A stretch of DNA of 64,000 nucleotides from positions 86,100-150,099 of the forward strand of contig CAWAEF010000031.1 of assembly GCA_963780985.1 (NCBI GenBank), written 5' to 3'. The notes under the pieces were generated by a model. The model searched no databases. It was not told where the DNA came from and saw only the letters and a program-made list of their open reading frames with translations. Positions 9,455 to 19,860 of this stretch are shown here, in pieces (position 1 is the first letter of the stretch; each line of letters starts with the position of its first letter). Both the position numbers and the translations under genes were made by a program. Source of the DNA: an uncultured Alphaproteobacteria bacterium. Its GTDB lineage: Bacteria > Pseudomonadota > Alphaproteobacteria > JAGOMX01.

Positions 9455-10366
9455 ATGGCAAGACTCGTCTTATATTTATTGTTATGTCTTCCGGGGGCTA
9501 GTCTAGCATCGGCTCCTGACAGCCCGGATAATAATCCCATGGAACAGTCCGGCATGCTCCGCTCATGGTTCCAGAGCAAACCCCAATTCATCCCCAGAAG
9601 AAGCAGCTCCACGTTCTTTGACATAGAATGGGGCTCTTCCGATAATGAGGCAGACAGCGCCGCCAAACCTAAACTTGAGACCGCGTACCTTAAGATCGTA
9701 GCAGCTTCTGCAGATCCTTTAGTCTTCAACGTATACACAAAGTGTCTGACCACTTACTGCAAACTGGTTATTCAAGAAAAAAAGTACACTGTCAGTGATC
9801 AGCTTATGGAGCAGCTTACTACCTTTGAATCATACTCTCTCAGTAGCATGGAAGAATATCGACTCAACTCCAATTTCTCCAGCGGCATGAACCGTTGGTT
9901 ACCCAGCCGTGATTCGCGAGTTCTTTGGATTGTGCGCCATCCTTTCTCCTTTCGTTGGCCGACCATTGACATGTATGATGATATCCAAAAGCTGCGAGCG
10001 GCGTATCCCGTGGCGGCAGACTATGTCGATTTTTTATTCAAAGTAACACCTCCCTCCTTCAATATCGAGTTCTTAGCCGCCAGGGCACGTGAAAATTGCA
10101 AGCGAGGCGTCAATGCCGTGGAGCTATTGACACTGTTCGCCTTGCACGCATTCGGTCACGGTAAGATGTATGACCTAAATCTTGCAAAGCAAGAAGCGGA
10201 AAAGCTGCGCCTGTCCTTTGGCGCAACGTCTGCATCCACCATATATCAAATCATGGATGCCCATGATAAGTGCCTCTCTACGGGCTTACTTTTTTCCGAT
10301 GATGACCTCGCAGCCAATTTACTATCGGATGGAGACGATGATTTCATGAGTGCCGATGGTTTGTGA
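9455..10366 (+). CDS. hypothetical secreted protein
   Basis: GGAGG RBS, signal-peptide-like MARLVLYLLLCLPGASLASA and an acidic C-terminus. I recognise no family. Confidence 0.55.
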   Translation: MARLVLYLLLCLPGASLASAPDSPDNNPMEQSGMLRSWFQSKPQFIPRRSSSTFFDIEWGSSDNEADSAAKPKLETAYLKIVAASADPLVFNVYTKCLTTYCKLVIQEKKYTVSDQLMEQLTTFESYSLSSMEEYRLNSNFSSGMNRWLPSRDSRVLWIVRHPFSFRWPTIDMYDDIQKLRAAYPVAADYVDFLFKVTPPSFNIEFLAARARENCKRGVNAVELLTLFALHAFGHGKMYDLNLAKQEAEKLRLSFGATSASTIYQIMDAHDKCLSTGLLFSDDDLAANLLSDGDDDFMSADGL

Positions 10367-10589
10367 ACCTGTCCTTAGTACTCCCCAGACCAATTAAATC
10401 GAAACTATCTGACCTGGCTCAGGCAATAAAACTCTAGGTTAATAGCGCGTCCACCTCTATCTCGCATCAGACATTTACTAATGATATGCTAACTATGCCT
10501 ACAATTCTATACTATAACATTTCTATCTGTAATATAATAAACTATTATCAAGTACTTATTTAATGCTTTTTTAAACTGGTGGTAAAGAA

Positions 10590-10859
10590 ATGTATACATC
10601 AAGGCATCTGTCATACATAGGGAAGGTCCGACTTGGGTTAATATCCCTCGTTGTTATAGCCCTGATTCTTAACGCATTTTTCAGTGTATCAGGTACGTTT
10701 GAGTCTCCCTCTCCGGGGCGGGCCATTTTTCTAGACATGGGAAGGCCTCACCAGCACGCAGTTGCCACCTTCAATCAAGCGGGAATTTACTATGAGGGGA
10801 TAGGTGACCCTTATGATCGCGGGTATTTCATGTCCCTTACTCCTACTATTTTGTCCTAA
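10590..10859 (+). CDS. hypothetical small membrane protein
   Basis: 89-aa ORF with one hydrophobic helix (LGLISLVVIALILNAFF) in an AT-rich gap. Coding status is uncertain. Confidence 0.25.
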   Translation: MYTSRHLSYIGKVRLGLISLVVIALILNAFFSVSGTFESPSPGRAIFLDMGRPHQHAVATFNQAGIYYEGIGDPYDRGYFMSLTPTILS

Positions 10860-10923
10860 TGGTTCATAAATCATACATGATGAATATCCCCAGTCAAAGA
10901 ATGCCTAATAGGGCAAAATAAGT

Positions 10924-10938
10924 TTAACAAAAAGTTAA
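10924..10938 (+). promoter_or_regulatory. CtrA-box-like site TTAA-N7-TTAA upstream of the giant repeat protein gene
   Basis: TTAACAAAAAGTTAA lies about 170 bp upstream of the ATG at 11106. The context is AT-rich, so a chance match is plausible. Confidence 0.2.
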
Positions 10939-11105
10939 AAACTGTGAAAATTGAAAACACAGCCACAATAGTTGTGCTAGAATGTAATTATGGACAAGTA
11001 AGAATAAGCTAATTATCGATAAGTATTATATAGTAACTCCAGGTAATCTGCGATCTTGGTTTTACGGTAAAGAATTTAACGGTGAAGAGATAGGGATATA
11101 GTATC

Positions 11106-14100
11106 ATGAAAGACTTTAAAGATTACGAGAAAATGGTAAAAAGCAAGAGGCATAACGTCCTGCCCCTCCTGATGCTCGTTGACCTAAATCTAGATAAAAT
11201 CCTCGATTGGATCCATGAGGGTCACTTTAAGCCTCTTCCTGACCATTCTGGAAATCACGAATTAACAACTGTGGCAGGCCATAGCGGCGTGATCTTTGCA
11301 GACGGTGCGTCAGATCTTCTGACTTACGCTGCCAGTACAGTTCCAGTAGATCCTGTTTATATGGAGACAGCCGCACATACAAAACCCCACCATTCACATG
11401 ATCTTGATTATGATGAGGCCAAGGACAAGGTCGTGCCAGAAGGTCATGCGAATCAACAGAAGTCAGAATCTGACGGAAACTTCGATTACAGTGGCTCAGC
11501 AAGCGTAAATTTCGTGCATCCTGGTATATCTACGGACTGGTCGCAAACATTGGCCGGATCCAAGTTCGCTGGCGTGACCGCCCCTGCAGGCTTTGGCACT
11601 ATAGCCCCAGATAATTTTTATAGCGGCATTCGTGTAACGGGCGCCCTATTGCCATACTCAGGCGGCGCGGACTTTTTGCCCGCCGATGATTATTTCAGTG
11701 GTAGCGCCGGTCTTTTGAGCGCTTTGAGCCCCGGGCTAGCTCCTCTAGGGTTGAGTCGTGAGATTGATCCCTTGATTCCAGTGCCCCAAATCCACTTTCT
11801 TGAGGAGGAAGAGAACGTCCCCCAGGTACAGTACATACCGGTTCATAACTATATTCCACCAAATCTTCCACCAATGCACATGTGTATGCTTGCGTTGACC
11901 TATCCCGTATTGAACCCTACCCCGATCTACGATATGCCTTGCGATTCACGTTCGGGCAACCTCGTCATAGATTCTGGTGCCTATGATAACGATGGCTCAC
12001 CTATCCATGTGGACTCGGTGTCCTTTGATGCGGGAACTTCCTCACCAGGTATTTCAGCCGGCCCAGGTGTTATTACGGACGGGCACGAAATCATAACGAT
12101 TTATTTTGATGGTACCATCGAGATTGGAACCTTGAATGTGAACCTATCAACAGGAGCATACACTTATGCGAATGCACCTGGTGCCGATAAGCTGCCCATA
12201 GGCGCCAATATTATAGAGTTTCAGTTCGTCTTAGGTGAAGCCGGGATGAGCTGCACAGCCACGGGCACGTTGAACGTGACCGTCGAGGGCGGTAACTGTA
12301 TGATCACTATTCCCGAGCCTATACTTAACCCACCTCCTATCTGGGATGACATGTGCTCATCGCTTTCTGGCAACATCATCGTGGATTCCGGTGCTTACGA
12401 TGGTAATGGCACGCCTATTCATGTGGACTCCGTATCCTTTGATGCCGGTACATCTTCCAAAGGCATAACCGCCGGTTCTCCTGATCTGACAAGTGTACCT
12501 GGCCATGAGCTTATCAATGTCTTTTATGACAGCACCGAGATTGGTACCCTGAATGTAACTTTGGCAACCGGTGCTTATACCTATTCCAATAGCGCCAATG
12601 CGGACGTTTTGCCCGAAGGCAAGAACGTTATTGAGTTCAACTTCACTCTCGGTGATGGTATGGAAGGCTGCGGCTGTGGTTGCACAGCCACTGGTACACT
12701 GAACGTGACCGTCGAGGGCGGCAGTTGCATGATCACCCTTTGCGAGCCTATTCTTAACCCACCTCCCATCTATGATGACATGTGCGCATCGGTTATGGGT
12801 AACATCATTGTCGATTCCGGTGCGAGCGATGGCAATGGCTCACCTATCCATGTGGACTCCGTTGCCTTTGATGCCGCTACCTCTTCCAAGGGCATCACTG
12901 CCGGTACTCCAGATCTGACATCTGTCCCTGGCCATGAGCTTATCAATGTCTTTTATGACAGCACCGAGATTGGCACGCTGAATGTAACTTTGGCAACCGG
13001 TGCTTATACTTACGCCAATAGCGCCAACGCAGACGTTTTGCCCGAAGGCAAGAACGTTATAGAGTTCAAATTCACGCTCGGTGATGGTATGGACGGCTGC
13101 GACTGTGGTTGCACAGCCACTGGCACACTGAACGTGACCGTCGAGGGCGGCAGTTGCATGATCACCCTTTGCGAGCCTATTCTTAACCCACCTCCCATCT
13201 ATGATGACATGTGCGCATCGGTTATGGGTAACATCATTGTCGATTCCGGTGCGAGCGATGGCAATGGCTCACCTATCCATGTGGACTCCGTTGCCTTTGA
13301 TGCCGCTACCTCTTCCAAGGGCATCACTGCCGGTACTCCAGATCTGACATCTGTCCCTGGCCATGAGCTTATCAATGTCTTTTATGACAGCACCGAGATT
13401 GGCACGCTGAATGTAACTTTGGCAACCGGTGCTTATACTTACGCCAATAGCGCCAACGCAGACGTTTTGCCCGAAGGCAAGAACGTTATAGAGTTCAAAT
13501 TCACTCTCGGTGATGGTATGGACGGCTGCGACTGTGGTTGCACAGCCACTGGCACACTGAACGTGACCGTCGAGGGCGGCAGTTGCATGATCACCCTTTG
13601 CGAGCCTATTCTTAACCCACCTCCCATCTATGATGACATGTGCGCATCGGTTATGGGTAACATCATTGTCGATTCCGGCGCTGCCGATGGCAATGGCTCA
13701 CCTATCCATGTGGACTCCGTTGCCTTTGATGCCGGTACCTCTTCCAAGGGCATCACTGCCGGTACTCCAGATCTGACATCTGTCCCTGGCCATGAGCTTA
13801 TCAATGTCTTTTATGACAGCACCGAGATTGGCACGCTTAATGTAACTTTAGCAACCGGTGCTTATACTTACGCCAATAGCGCCAACGCAGACGTTCTGCC
13901 CGAAGGCAAGAACGTTATAGAGTTCAAATTCACGCTCGGTGATGGTATGGACGGCTGCGACTGTGGTTGCACAGCCACTGGTACACTGAACGTGACCGTC
14001 GAGGGCGGCAGTTGCATGATCACCCTTTGCGAGCCTATTCTTAACCCACCTCCCATCTATGATGACATGTGCGCATCGGTTATGGGTAACATCATTGTCG

Positions 14101-17100
14101 ATTCCGGTGCGAGCGATGGCAATGGCTCACCTATCCATGTGGACTCCGTTGCCTTTGATGCCGCTACCTCTTCCAAGGGCATCACTGCCGGTACTCCAGA
14201 TCTGACATCTGTCCCTGGCCATGAGCTTATCAATGTCTTTTATGACAGCACCGAGATTGGCACGCTGAATGTAACTTTGGCAACCGGTGCTTATACTTAC
14301 GCCAATAGCGCCAACGCAGACGTTTTGCCCGAAGGCAAGAACGTTATAGAGTTCAAATTCACGCTCGGTGATGGTATGGACGGCTGCGACTGTGGTTGCA
14401 CAGCCACTGGCACACTGAACGTGACCGTCGAGGGCGGCAGTTGCATGATCACCCTTTGCGAGCCTATTCTTAACCCACCTCCCATCTATGATGACATGTG
14501 CGCATCGGTTATGGGTAACATCATTGTCGATTCCGGTGCGAGCGATGGCAATGGCTCACCTATCCATGTGGACTCCGTTGCCTTTGATGCCGCTACCTCT
14601 TCCAAGGGCATCACTGCCGGTACTCCAGATCTGACATCTGTCCCTGGCCATGAGCTTATCAATGTCTTTTATGACAGCACCGAGATTGGCACGCTGAATG
14701 TAACTTTGGCAACCGGTGCTTATACTTACGCCAATAGCGCCAACGCAGACGTTTTGCCCGAAGGCAAGAACGTTATAGAGTTCAAATTCACTCTCGGTGA
14801 TGGTATGGACGGCTGCGACTGTGGTTGCACAGCCACTGGCACACTGAACGTGACCGTCGAGGGCGGCAGTTGCATGATCACCCTTTGCGAGCCTATTCTT
14901 AACCCACCTCCCATCTATGATGACATGTGCGCATCGGTTATGGGTAACATCATTGTCGATTCCGGTGCGAGCGATGGCAATGGCTCACCTATCCATGTGG
15001 ACTCCGTTGCCTTTGATGCCGCTACCTCTTCCAAGGGCATCACTGCCGGTACTCCAGATCTGACATCTGTCCCTGGCCATGAGCTTATCAATGTCTTTTA
15101 TGACAGCACCGAGATTGGCACGCTGAATGTAACTTTGGCAACCGGTGCTTATACTTACGCCAATAGCGCCAACGCAGACGTTTTGCCCGAAGGCAAGAAC
15201 GTTATAGAGTTCAAATTCACTCTCGGTGATGGTATGGACGGCTGCGACTGTGGTTGCACAGCCACTGGCACACTGAACGTGACCGTCGAGGGCGGCAGTT
15301 GCATGATCACCCTTTGCGAGCCTATTCTTAACCCACCTCCCATCTATGATGACATGTGCGCATCGGTTATGGGTAACATCATTGTCGATTCCGGCGCTGC
15401 CGATGGCAATGGCTCACCTATCCATGTGGACTCCGTTGCCTTTGATGCCGGTACCTCTTCCAAGGGCATCACTGCCGGTACTCCAGATCTGACATCTGTC
15501 CCTGGCCATGAGCTTATCAATGTCTTTTATGACAGCACCGAGATTGGCACGCTTAATGTAACTTTAGCAACCGGTGCTTATACTTACGCCAATAGCGCCA
15601 ACGCAGACGTTCTGCCCGAAGGCAAGAACGTTATAGAGTTCAAATTCACGCTCGGTGATGGTATGGACGGCTGCGACTGTGGTTGCACAGCCACTGGCAC
15701 ACTGAACGTGACCGTCGAGGGCGGCAGCTGCATGATCACCCTTTGCGAGCCTATTCTTAACCCACCTCCCATCTATGATGACATGTGCGCATCGGTTATG
15801 GGTAACATCATTGTCGATTCCGGCGCTGCCGATGGCAATGGCTCACCTATCCATGTGGACTCCGTTGCCTTTGATGCCGGTACCTCTTCCAAGGGCATCA
15901 CTGCCGGTACTCCAGATCTGACATCTGTCCCTGGCCATGAGCTTATCAATGTCTTTTATGACAGCACCGAGATTGGCACGCTTAATGTAACTTTGGCAAC
16001 CGGTGCTTATACCTATTCCAATAGCGCCAACGCTGACGTTCTGCCCGAAGGCAAGAACGTTATTGAGTTCAACTTCACTCTCGGTGATGGTATGGAAGGC
16101 TGCGGCTGTGGTTGCACAGCCACTGGCACACTGAACGTGACCGTCGAGGGCGGCAGCTGCATGATCACCCTTTGCGAGCCTATTCTTAACCCACCTCCCA
16201 TCTATGATGACATGTGCGCATCGGTTATGGGTAACATCATTGTCGATTCCGGCGCTGCCGATGGCAATGGCTCACCTATCCATGTGGACTCCGTTGCCTT
16301 TGATGCCGGTACCTCTTCCAAGGGCATCACTGCCGGTACTCCAGATCTGACATCTGTCCCTGGCCATGAGCTTATCAATGTCTTTTATGACAGCACCGAG
16401 ATTGGCACGCTTAATGTAACTTTAGCAACCGGTGCTTATACTTACGCCAATAGCGCCAACGCAGACGTTCTGCCCGAAGGCAAGAACGTTATAGAGTTCA
16501 AATTCACGCTCGGTGATGGTATGGACGGCTGCGACTGTGGTTGCACAGCCACTGGCACACTGAACGTGACCGTCGAGGGCGGCAGTTGCATGATCACCCT
16601 TTGCGAGCCTATTCTTAACCCACCTCCCATCTATGATGACATGTGCGCATCGGTTATGGGTAACATCATTGTCGATTCCGGCGCTGCCGATGGCAATGGC
16701 TCACCTATCCATGTGGACTCCGTTGCCTTTGATGCCGGTACCTCTTCCAAGGGCATCACTGCCGGTACTCCAGATCTGACATCTGTCCCTGGCCATGAGC
16801 TTATCAATGTCTTTTATGACAGCACCGAGATTGGCACGCTTAATGTAACTTTAGCAACCGGTGCTTATACTTACGCCAATAGCGCCAACGCAGACGTTCT
16901 GCCTGAAGGCAAGAACGTTATAGAGTTCAAATTCACTCTCGGTGATGGTATGGACGGCTGCAGCTGTGAATGCACAGCCACTGGCACACTGAACGTGTCA
17001 GTCGAGGGCGGTAGTTGCGAGATTACTCTTTGTGAGCCAGTGCTCAATCCAGCTCCTATCTGTGCTATGCCTTGCGATTCCGTAGCAGGCAATCTGGTGG

Positions 17101-18725
17101 TTGACACTGGTGCCCATGATACTGACAATGCCGGTATTACCGTGAGCAACGTGGCGTTTGATGCCGGTAGCTCATCCAGTCATATCACCGCTGGTGCGGG
17201 TCTGGTGTCCAATGGGCATGAAATAATTACGGTTTACTTTAATGGCACCACCGAGATTGGCACCTTGAATGTGAACTTGAGCACAGGCGCTTATACCTAT
17301 AACAATACCGCTGGCGCTGAGAATCTTCCCGATGGTCCTAACACCATTGAGTTTAAGTTTACTTTGAGCGATAGCATGGACGCCGATGGCTGTATGTGCG
17401 GCTGCTCCGTCGATGCTACCTTGAATATCACCGTGGTCGGCGACGAAGGCTGCAAGATTACTCTCTGCCAGCCAGTGCTTAACCCACCAGCTATCTGTGA
17501 TGACACTTGCGATTCTGTTAATGGCAACCTGGTGGTTGACACCGGTGCTCATGACAACGAAAATGCGGGTATTACCGTGAGCAGCGTTGCGTTTGACGCC
17601 GGCAGCTCATCCAGTCATATCACCGCCGGGGCAGGTGTGGTGTCCAATGGGCATGAGACCTTTGCAGTATACTTTAGTGGTGCCGAGATTGGTACGCTGA
17701 ATGTGAACTTGAGCACAGGTGCTTACACCTATAACAATACCGCTGGTGCTGAGAATCTCCCCGATGGCCTTCACACCATTGAGTTTAATTTCACCTTGAG
17801 TGATAGCATGAACTCTGATGGTTGTATGTGCGGCTGCTCGGCTGATGGTGTCTTGAACATCTCCGTGGCCGGCGATGAAGGCTGCAAGGTTACTCTTTGC
17901 GAGCCTGTACTCAACCCATGTCTTATCGGTGATGCGCCTTGCGTTTCCGTTGTCGGCAACCTTGTGGTTGACACCGGTGCTCATGATAACGATGGTGCTG
18001 CGATCCATGTGAGCAATGTGGCGTTTGATGCGGGCAGTTCTTCCACAGGAATTACTGCGGGGGCGGGCGTTATTTCAAATGGACATGAAGATTTTAATGT
18101 TTACTTTGATAATAATGTCCAGATAGGGACTTTGGATGTCAATCTCAGCAGTGGTGCTTATACCTATTCGAATACGGCTGGTGCTGAAAAGTTGCCTATG
18201 GGTGATAACACCATCGAGTTTAATTTTACTCTGGATGATGGCATGAGCTCCAAAGATTACGGCTGTGATTGTTCAGCGCAAGGTACATTGAACGTTTCCG
18301 TCCTCGGTGCGGGCGATGTAATCGTTAACCATTGCTCGGATAAATTTGGCAGTGGTGATAGCTATATCTTTGATGTGGAGACGGGCAGTAATGGTAAGAT
18401 ATGCTTAGCCGGGGCGCAACAAGATCTAATATTAAATTATAACGGTGCAGATTGTTTTGAGTTCGACGACCATACCGCAAACGGGGTACTATGTGCTTTA
18501 GATAAGCTGCACGATAATCATCTTACCAGCGGTGAGTGCAATCAGGCCGAGCTTAATAATTTAGGCATAACATGCACTGTAGGCCACTATGGTCCGGACC
18601 CAAGCGCCATCGATACAAAGATCAGCTTTGCGGGCGGCGGCTGCATCATCATACAGAATTGCAGTGATACCCAATTTGCTGAACATCTGATTGCAGCTGG
18701 GAAGTGCGAGGTTTCACACGCATAA
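11106..18725 (+). CDS. giant repetitive surface/secreted protein with 15 VCBS-like (cadherin/Ig-like) 143-aa modules, Cys-rich
   Basis: 2539-aa ORF. The module ...IHVDSVAFDA..GTLNVTLATGAYTYANSANADVLPEGKNVIEFKFTLGDG... resembles the VCBS repeat pattern. Each module has 6 Cys (LC, MC, GCDCGC, SC). There is no N-terminal signal peptide. Confidence 0.85.
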   Translation: MKDFKDYEKMVKSKRHNVLPLLMLVDLNLDKILDWIHEGHFKPLPDHSGNHELTTVAGHSGVIFADGASDLLTYAASTVPVDPVYMETAAHTKPHHSHDLDYDEAKDKVVPEGHANQQKSESDGNFDYSGSASVNFVHPGISTDWSQTLAGSKFAGVTAPAGFGTIAPDNFYSGIRVTGALLPYSGGADFLPADDYFSGSAGLLSALSPGLAPLGLSREIDPLIPVPQIHFLEEEENVPQVQYIPVHNYIPPNLPPMHMCMLALTYPVLNPTPIYDMPCDSRSGNLVIDSGAYDNDGSPIHVDSVSFDAGTSSPGISAGPGVITDGHEIITIYFDGTIEIGTLNVNLSTGAYTYANAPGADKLPIGANIIEFQFVLGEAGMSCTATGTLNVTVEGGNCMITIPEPILNPPPIWDDMCSSLSGNIIVDSGAYDGNGTPIHVDSVSFDAGTSSKGITAGSPDLTSVPGHELINVFYDSTEIGTLNVTLATGAYTYSNSANADVLPEGKNVIEFNFTLGDGMEGCGCGCTATGTLNVTVEGGSCMITLCEPILNPPPIYDDMCASVMGNIIVDSGASDGNGSPIHVDSVAFDAATSSKGITAGTPDLTSVPGHELINVFYDSTEIGTLNVTLATGAYTYANSANADVLPEGKNVIEFKFTLGDGMDGCDCGCTATGTLNVTVEGGSCMITLCEPILNPPPIYDDMCASVMGNIIVDSGASDGNGSPIHVDSVAFDAATSSKGITAGTPDLTSVPGHELINVFYDSTEIGTLNVTLATGAYTYANSANADVLPEGKNVIEFKFTLGDGMDGCDCGCTATGTLNVTVEGGSCMITLCEPILNPPPIYDDMCASVMGNIIVDSGAADGNGSPIHVDSVAFDAGTSSKGITAGTPDLTSVPGHELINVFYDSTEIGTLNVTLATGAYTYANSANADVLPEGKNVIEFKFTLGDGMDGCDCGCTATGTLNVTVEGGSCMITLCEPILNPPPIYDDMCASVMGNIIVDSGASDGNGSPIHVDSVAFDAATSSKGITAGTPDLTSVPGHELINVFYDSTEIGTLNVTLATGAYTYANSANADVLPEGKNVIEFKFTLGDGMDGCDCGCTATGTLNVTVEGGSCMITLCEPILNPPPIYDDMCASVMGNIIVDSGASDGNGSPIHVDSVAFDAATSSKGITAGTPDLTSVPGHELINVFYDSTEIGTLNVTLATGAYTYANSANADVLPEGKNVIEFKFTLGDGMDGCDCGCTATGTLNVTVEGGSCMITLCEPILNPPPIYDDMCASVMGNIIVDSGASDGNGSPIHVDSVAFDAATSSKGITAGTPDLTSVPGHELINVFYDSTEIGTLNVTLATGAYTYANSANADVLPEGKNVIEFKFTLGDGMDGCDCGCTATGTLNVTVEGGSCMITLCEPILNPPPIYDDMCASVMGNIIVDSGAADGNGSPIHVDSVAFDAGTSSKGITAGTPDLTSVPGHELINVFYDSTEIGTLNVTLATGAYTYANSANADVLPEGKNVIEFKFTLGDGMDGCDCGCTATGTLNVTVEGGSCMITLCEPILNPPPIYDDMCASVMGNIIVDSGAADGNGSPIHVDSVAFDAGTSSKGITAGTPDLTSVPGHELINVFYDSTEIGTLNVTLATGAYTYSNSANADVLPEGKNVIEFNFTLGDGMEGCGCGCTATGTLNVTVEGGSCMITLCEPILNPPPIYDDMCASVMGNIIVDSGAADGNGSPIHVDSVAFDAGTSSKGITAGTPDLTSVPGHELINVFYDSTEIGTLNVTLATGAYTYANSANADVLPEGKNVIEFKFTLGDGMDGCDCGCTATGTLNVTVEGGSCMITLCEPILNPPPIYDDMCASVMGNIIVDSGAADGNGSPIHVDSVAFDAGTSSKGITAGTPDLTSVPGHELINVFYDSTEIGTLNVTLATGAYTYANSANADVLPEGKNVIEFKFTLGDGMDGCSCECTATGTLNVSVEGGSCEITLCEPVLNPAPICAMPCDSVAGNLVVDTGAHDTDNAGITVSNVAFDAGSSSSHITAGAGLVSNGHEIITVYFNGTTEIGTLNVNLSTGAYTYNNTAGAENLPDGPNTIEFKFTLSDSMDADGCMCGCSVDATLNITVVGDEGCKITLCQPVLNPPAICDDTCDSVNGNLVVDTGAHDNENAGITVSSVAFDAGSSSSHITAGAGVVSNGHETFAVYFSGAEIGTLNVNLSTGAYTYNNTAGAENLPDGLHTIEFNFTLSDSMNSDGCMCGCSADGVLNISVAGDEGCKVTLCEPVLNPCLIGDAPCVSVVGNLVVDTGAHDNDGAAIHVSNVAFDAGSSSTGITAGAGVISNGHEDFNVYFDNNVQIGTLDVNLSSGAYTYSNTAGAEKLPMGDNTIEFNFTLDDGMSSKDYGCDCSAQGTLNVSVLGAGDVIVNHCSDKFGSGDSYIFDVETGSNGKICLAGAQQDLILNYNGADCFEFDDHTANGVLCALDKLHDNHLTSGECNQAELNNLGITCTVGHYGPDPSAIDTKISFAGGGCIIIQNCSDTQFAEHLIAAGKCEVSHA
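12290..17010. repeat. tandem array of 11 near-identical 429-bp units inside the giant gene
   Basis: Antisense marker ORFs recur every 429 bp from 12581 to 16871. The units differ by only a handful of SNPs. Confidence 0.95.
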
Positions 18726-19860
18726 GCACAGCCTGTGCAGCGATCTGACTCGGTGTTCCTGAATCGGGTCGCAGCATGGATGTGGCCTCTTCTGCGTCCT
18801 TCACGAGCTTTTCTTTGAGTGTTTTATCCTTTAAGAACATGTGCACCGCTGAGAATAAGTTCTCAGCGGTGCAGTCGTTCTGAAAGAACTCAGGCACCGC
18901 AGGGCGATCCAGCAGGATATTGGTCATGGTCATGTACTTGACCTTAATCACCTTCGGCGCAAGCCAAGCAGTCAGGGGATTCATCTTATAGGCAATCACA
19001 AACGGCACCCCCGCCATGGCCAGTTCCAGATTTACGGTACCAGAAGCCGCCAACGCCACATCGGCGGCACGCATGGCTTCATAGCGTTGCTGTTGGTCCT
19101 TTACGTAAATAATGGGTACCTTTAGATCCTTCAGCTCTTTCTCGATGATATCCTTCACAGCCTCAACCACCGGAATAGCCACAGTCAGGCTGGGATGCAT
19201 GATCTTCAGGCGGCGGACTGTATCTTTAAATATCGGCAACAAACGCTCCACCTCGCCGCGGCGACTGCCGGGAAGAAGGCATAATAGGGTGTCTTGTGTC
19301 AGCAGATCATTATCTTTCCGGAATTTATCCCGGGGAATAGTCTCAATCCCCAACTCCGTCACCATATGCCCCACAAACGTGCAGGGAAGGCTATAGGGAG
19401 CAAAGTAGGGCGGCTCAAATGGAAGTATGCAAAGCAAATGATCCACCAGCCTAGAGACCTTCTTAGCGCGCCCAGGGCGCCAAGCCCAAACGGTGGGCGC
19501 CGTGTAGTGAACATGGGGTATCCCCAAGCCGCGCAATTTCTTAGCTAACCGGAAAGAAAAGTCTGGCAAATCAATGGTCACAACCACATCTGGCTTGGTC
19601 TCTTGTATATAGCGCGTCACCTCATCCAGCCGCCGCAGAATCTGGGGCAGGTGCCTGATCACCTCAAAAACCCCCATGATAGAGAGTTCAGACATAGGAA
19701 AGAGAGATTTCAATCCCGCTTCCTCCATGGTAGGTCCGCCCACACCCGTAAATTCCACAGGAAAGTCAGCTTGTTGTGTGATAGCGTCAAGAAGTCGTCC
19801 CCCCAGCAGGTCGCCAGAGGCTTCGCCTGCGAGTACAAAAATACGCTTAGGTACGGTCAT
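18649..19860 (-). CDS. lpxB: lipid-A-disaccharide synthase
   Basis: N-terminal RIFVLAGEASGDLLGGRLL motif and a position downstream of lpxA-lpxI. The last 77 nt overlap the convergent giant gene. Confidence 0.9.
   Translation of the reverse strand: MTVPKRIFVLAGEASGDLLGGRLLDAITQQADFPVEFTGVGGPTMEEAGLKSLFPMSELSIMGVFEVIRHLPQILRRLDEVTRYIQETKPDVVVTIDLPDFSFRLAKKLRGLGIPHVHYTAPTVWAWRPGRAKKVSRLVDHLLCILPFEPPYFAPYSLPCTFVGHMVTELGIETIPRDKFRKDNDLLTQDTLLCLLPGSRRGEVERLLPIFKDTVRRLKIMHPSLTVAIPVVEAVKDIIEKELKDLKVPIIYVKDQQQRYEAMRAADVALAASGTVNLELAMAGVPFVIAYKMNPLTAWLAPKVIKVKYMTMTNILLDRPAVPEFFQNDCTAENLFSAVHMFLKDKTLKEKLVKDAEEATSMLRPDSGTPSQIAAQAVLMRVKPRTSQLQSDVQQIGYHCNSV

Noticed and set aside
12581-17149. Eleven 62-92-aa minus-strand ORFs (MGGGLRIGSQRVIMQLPPSTVTF...) spaced 429 bp apart, plus 17172-18008 minus-strand ORFs.
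   Set aside because: They are antisense reading frames of the tandem repeat inside the giant gene. Their periodicity simply mirrors the repeat.
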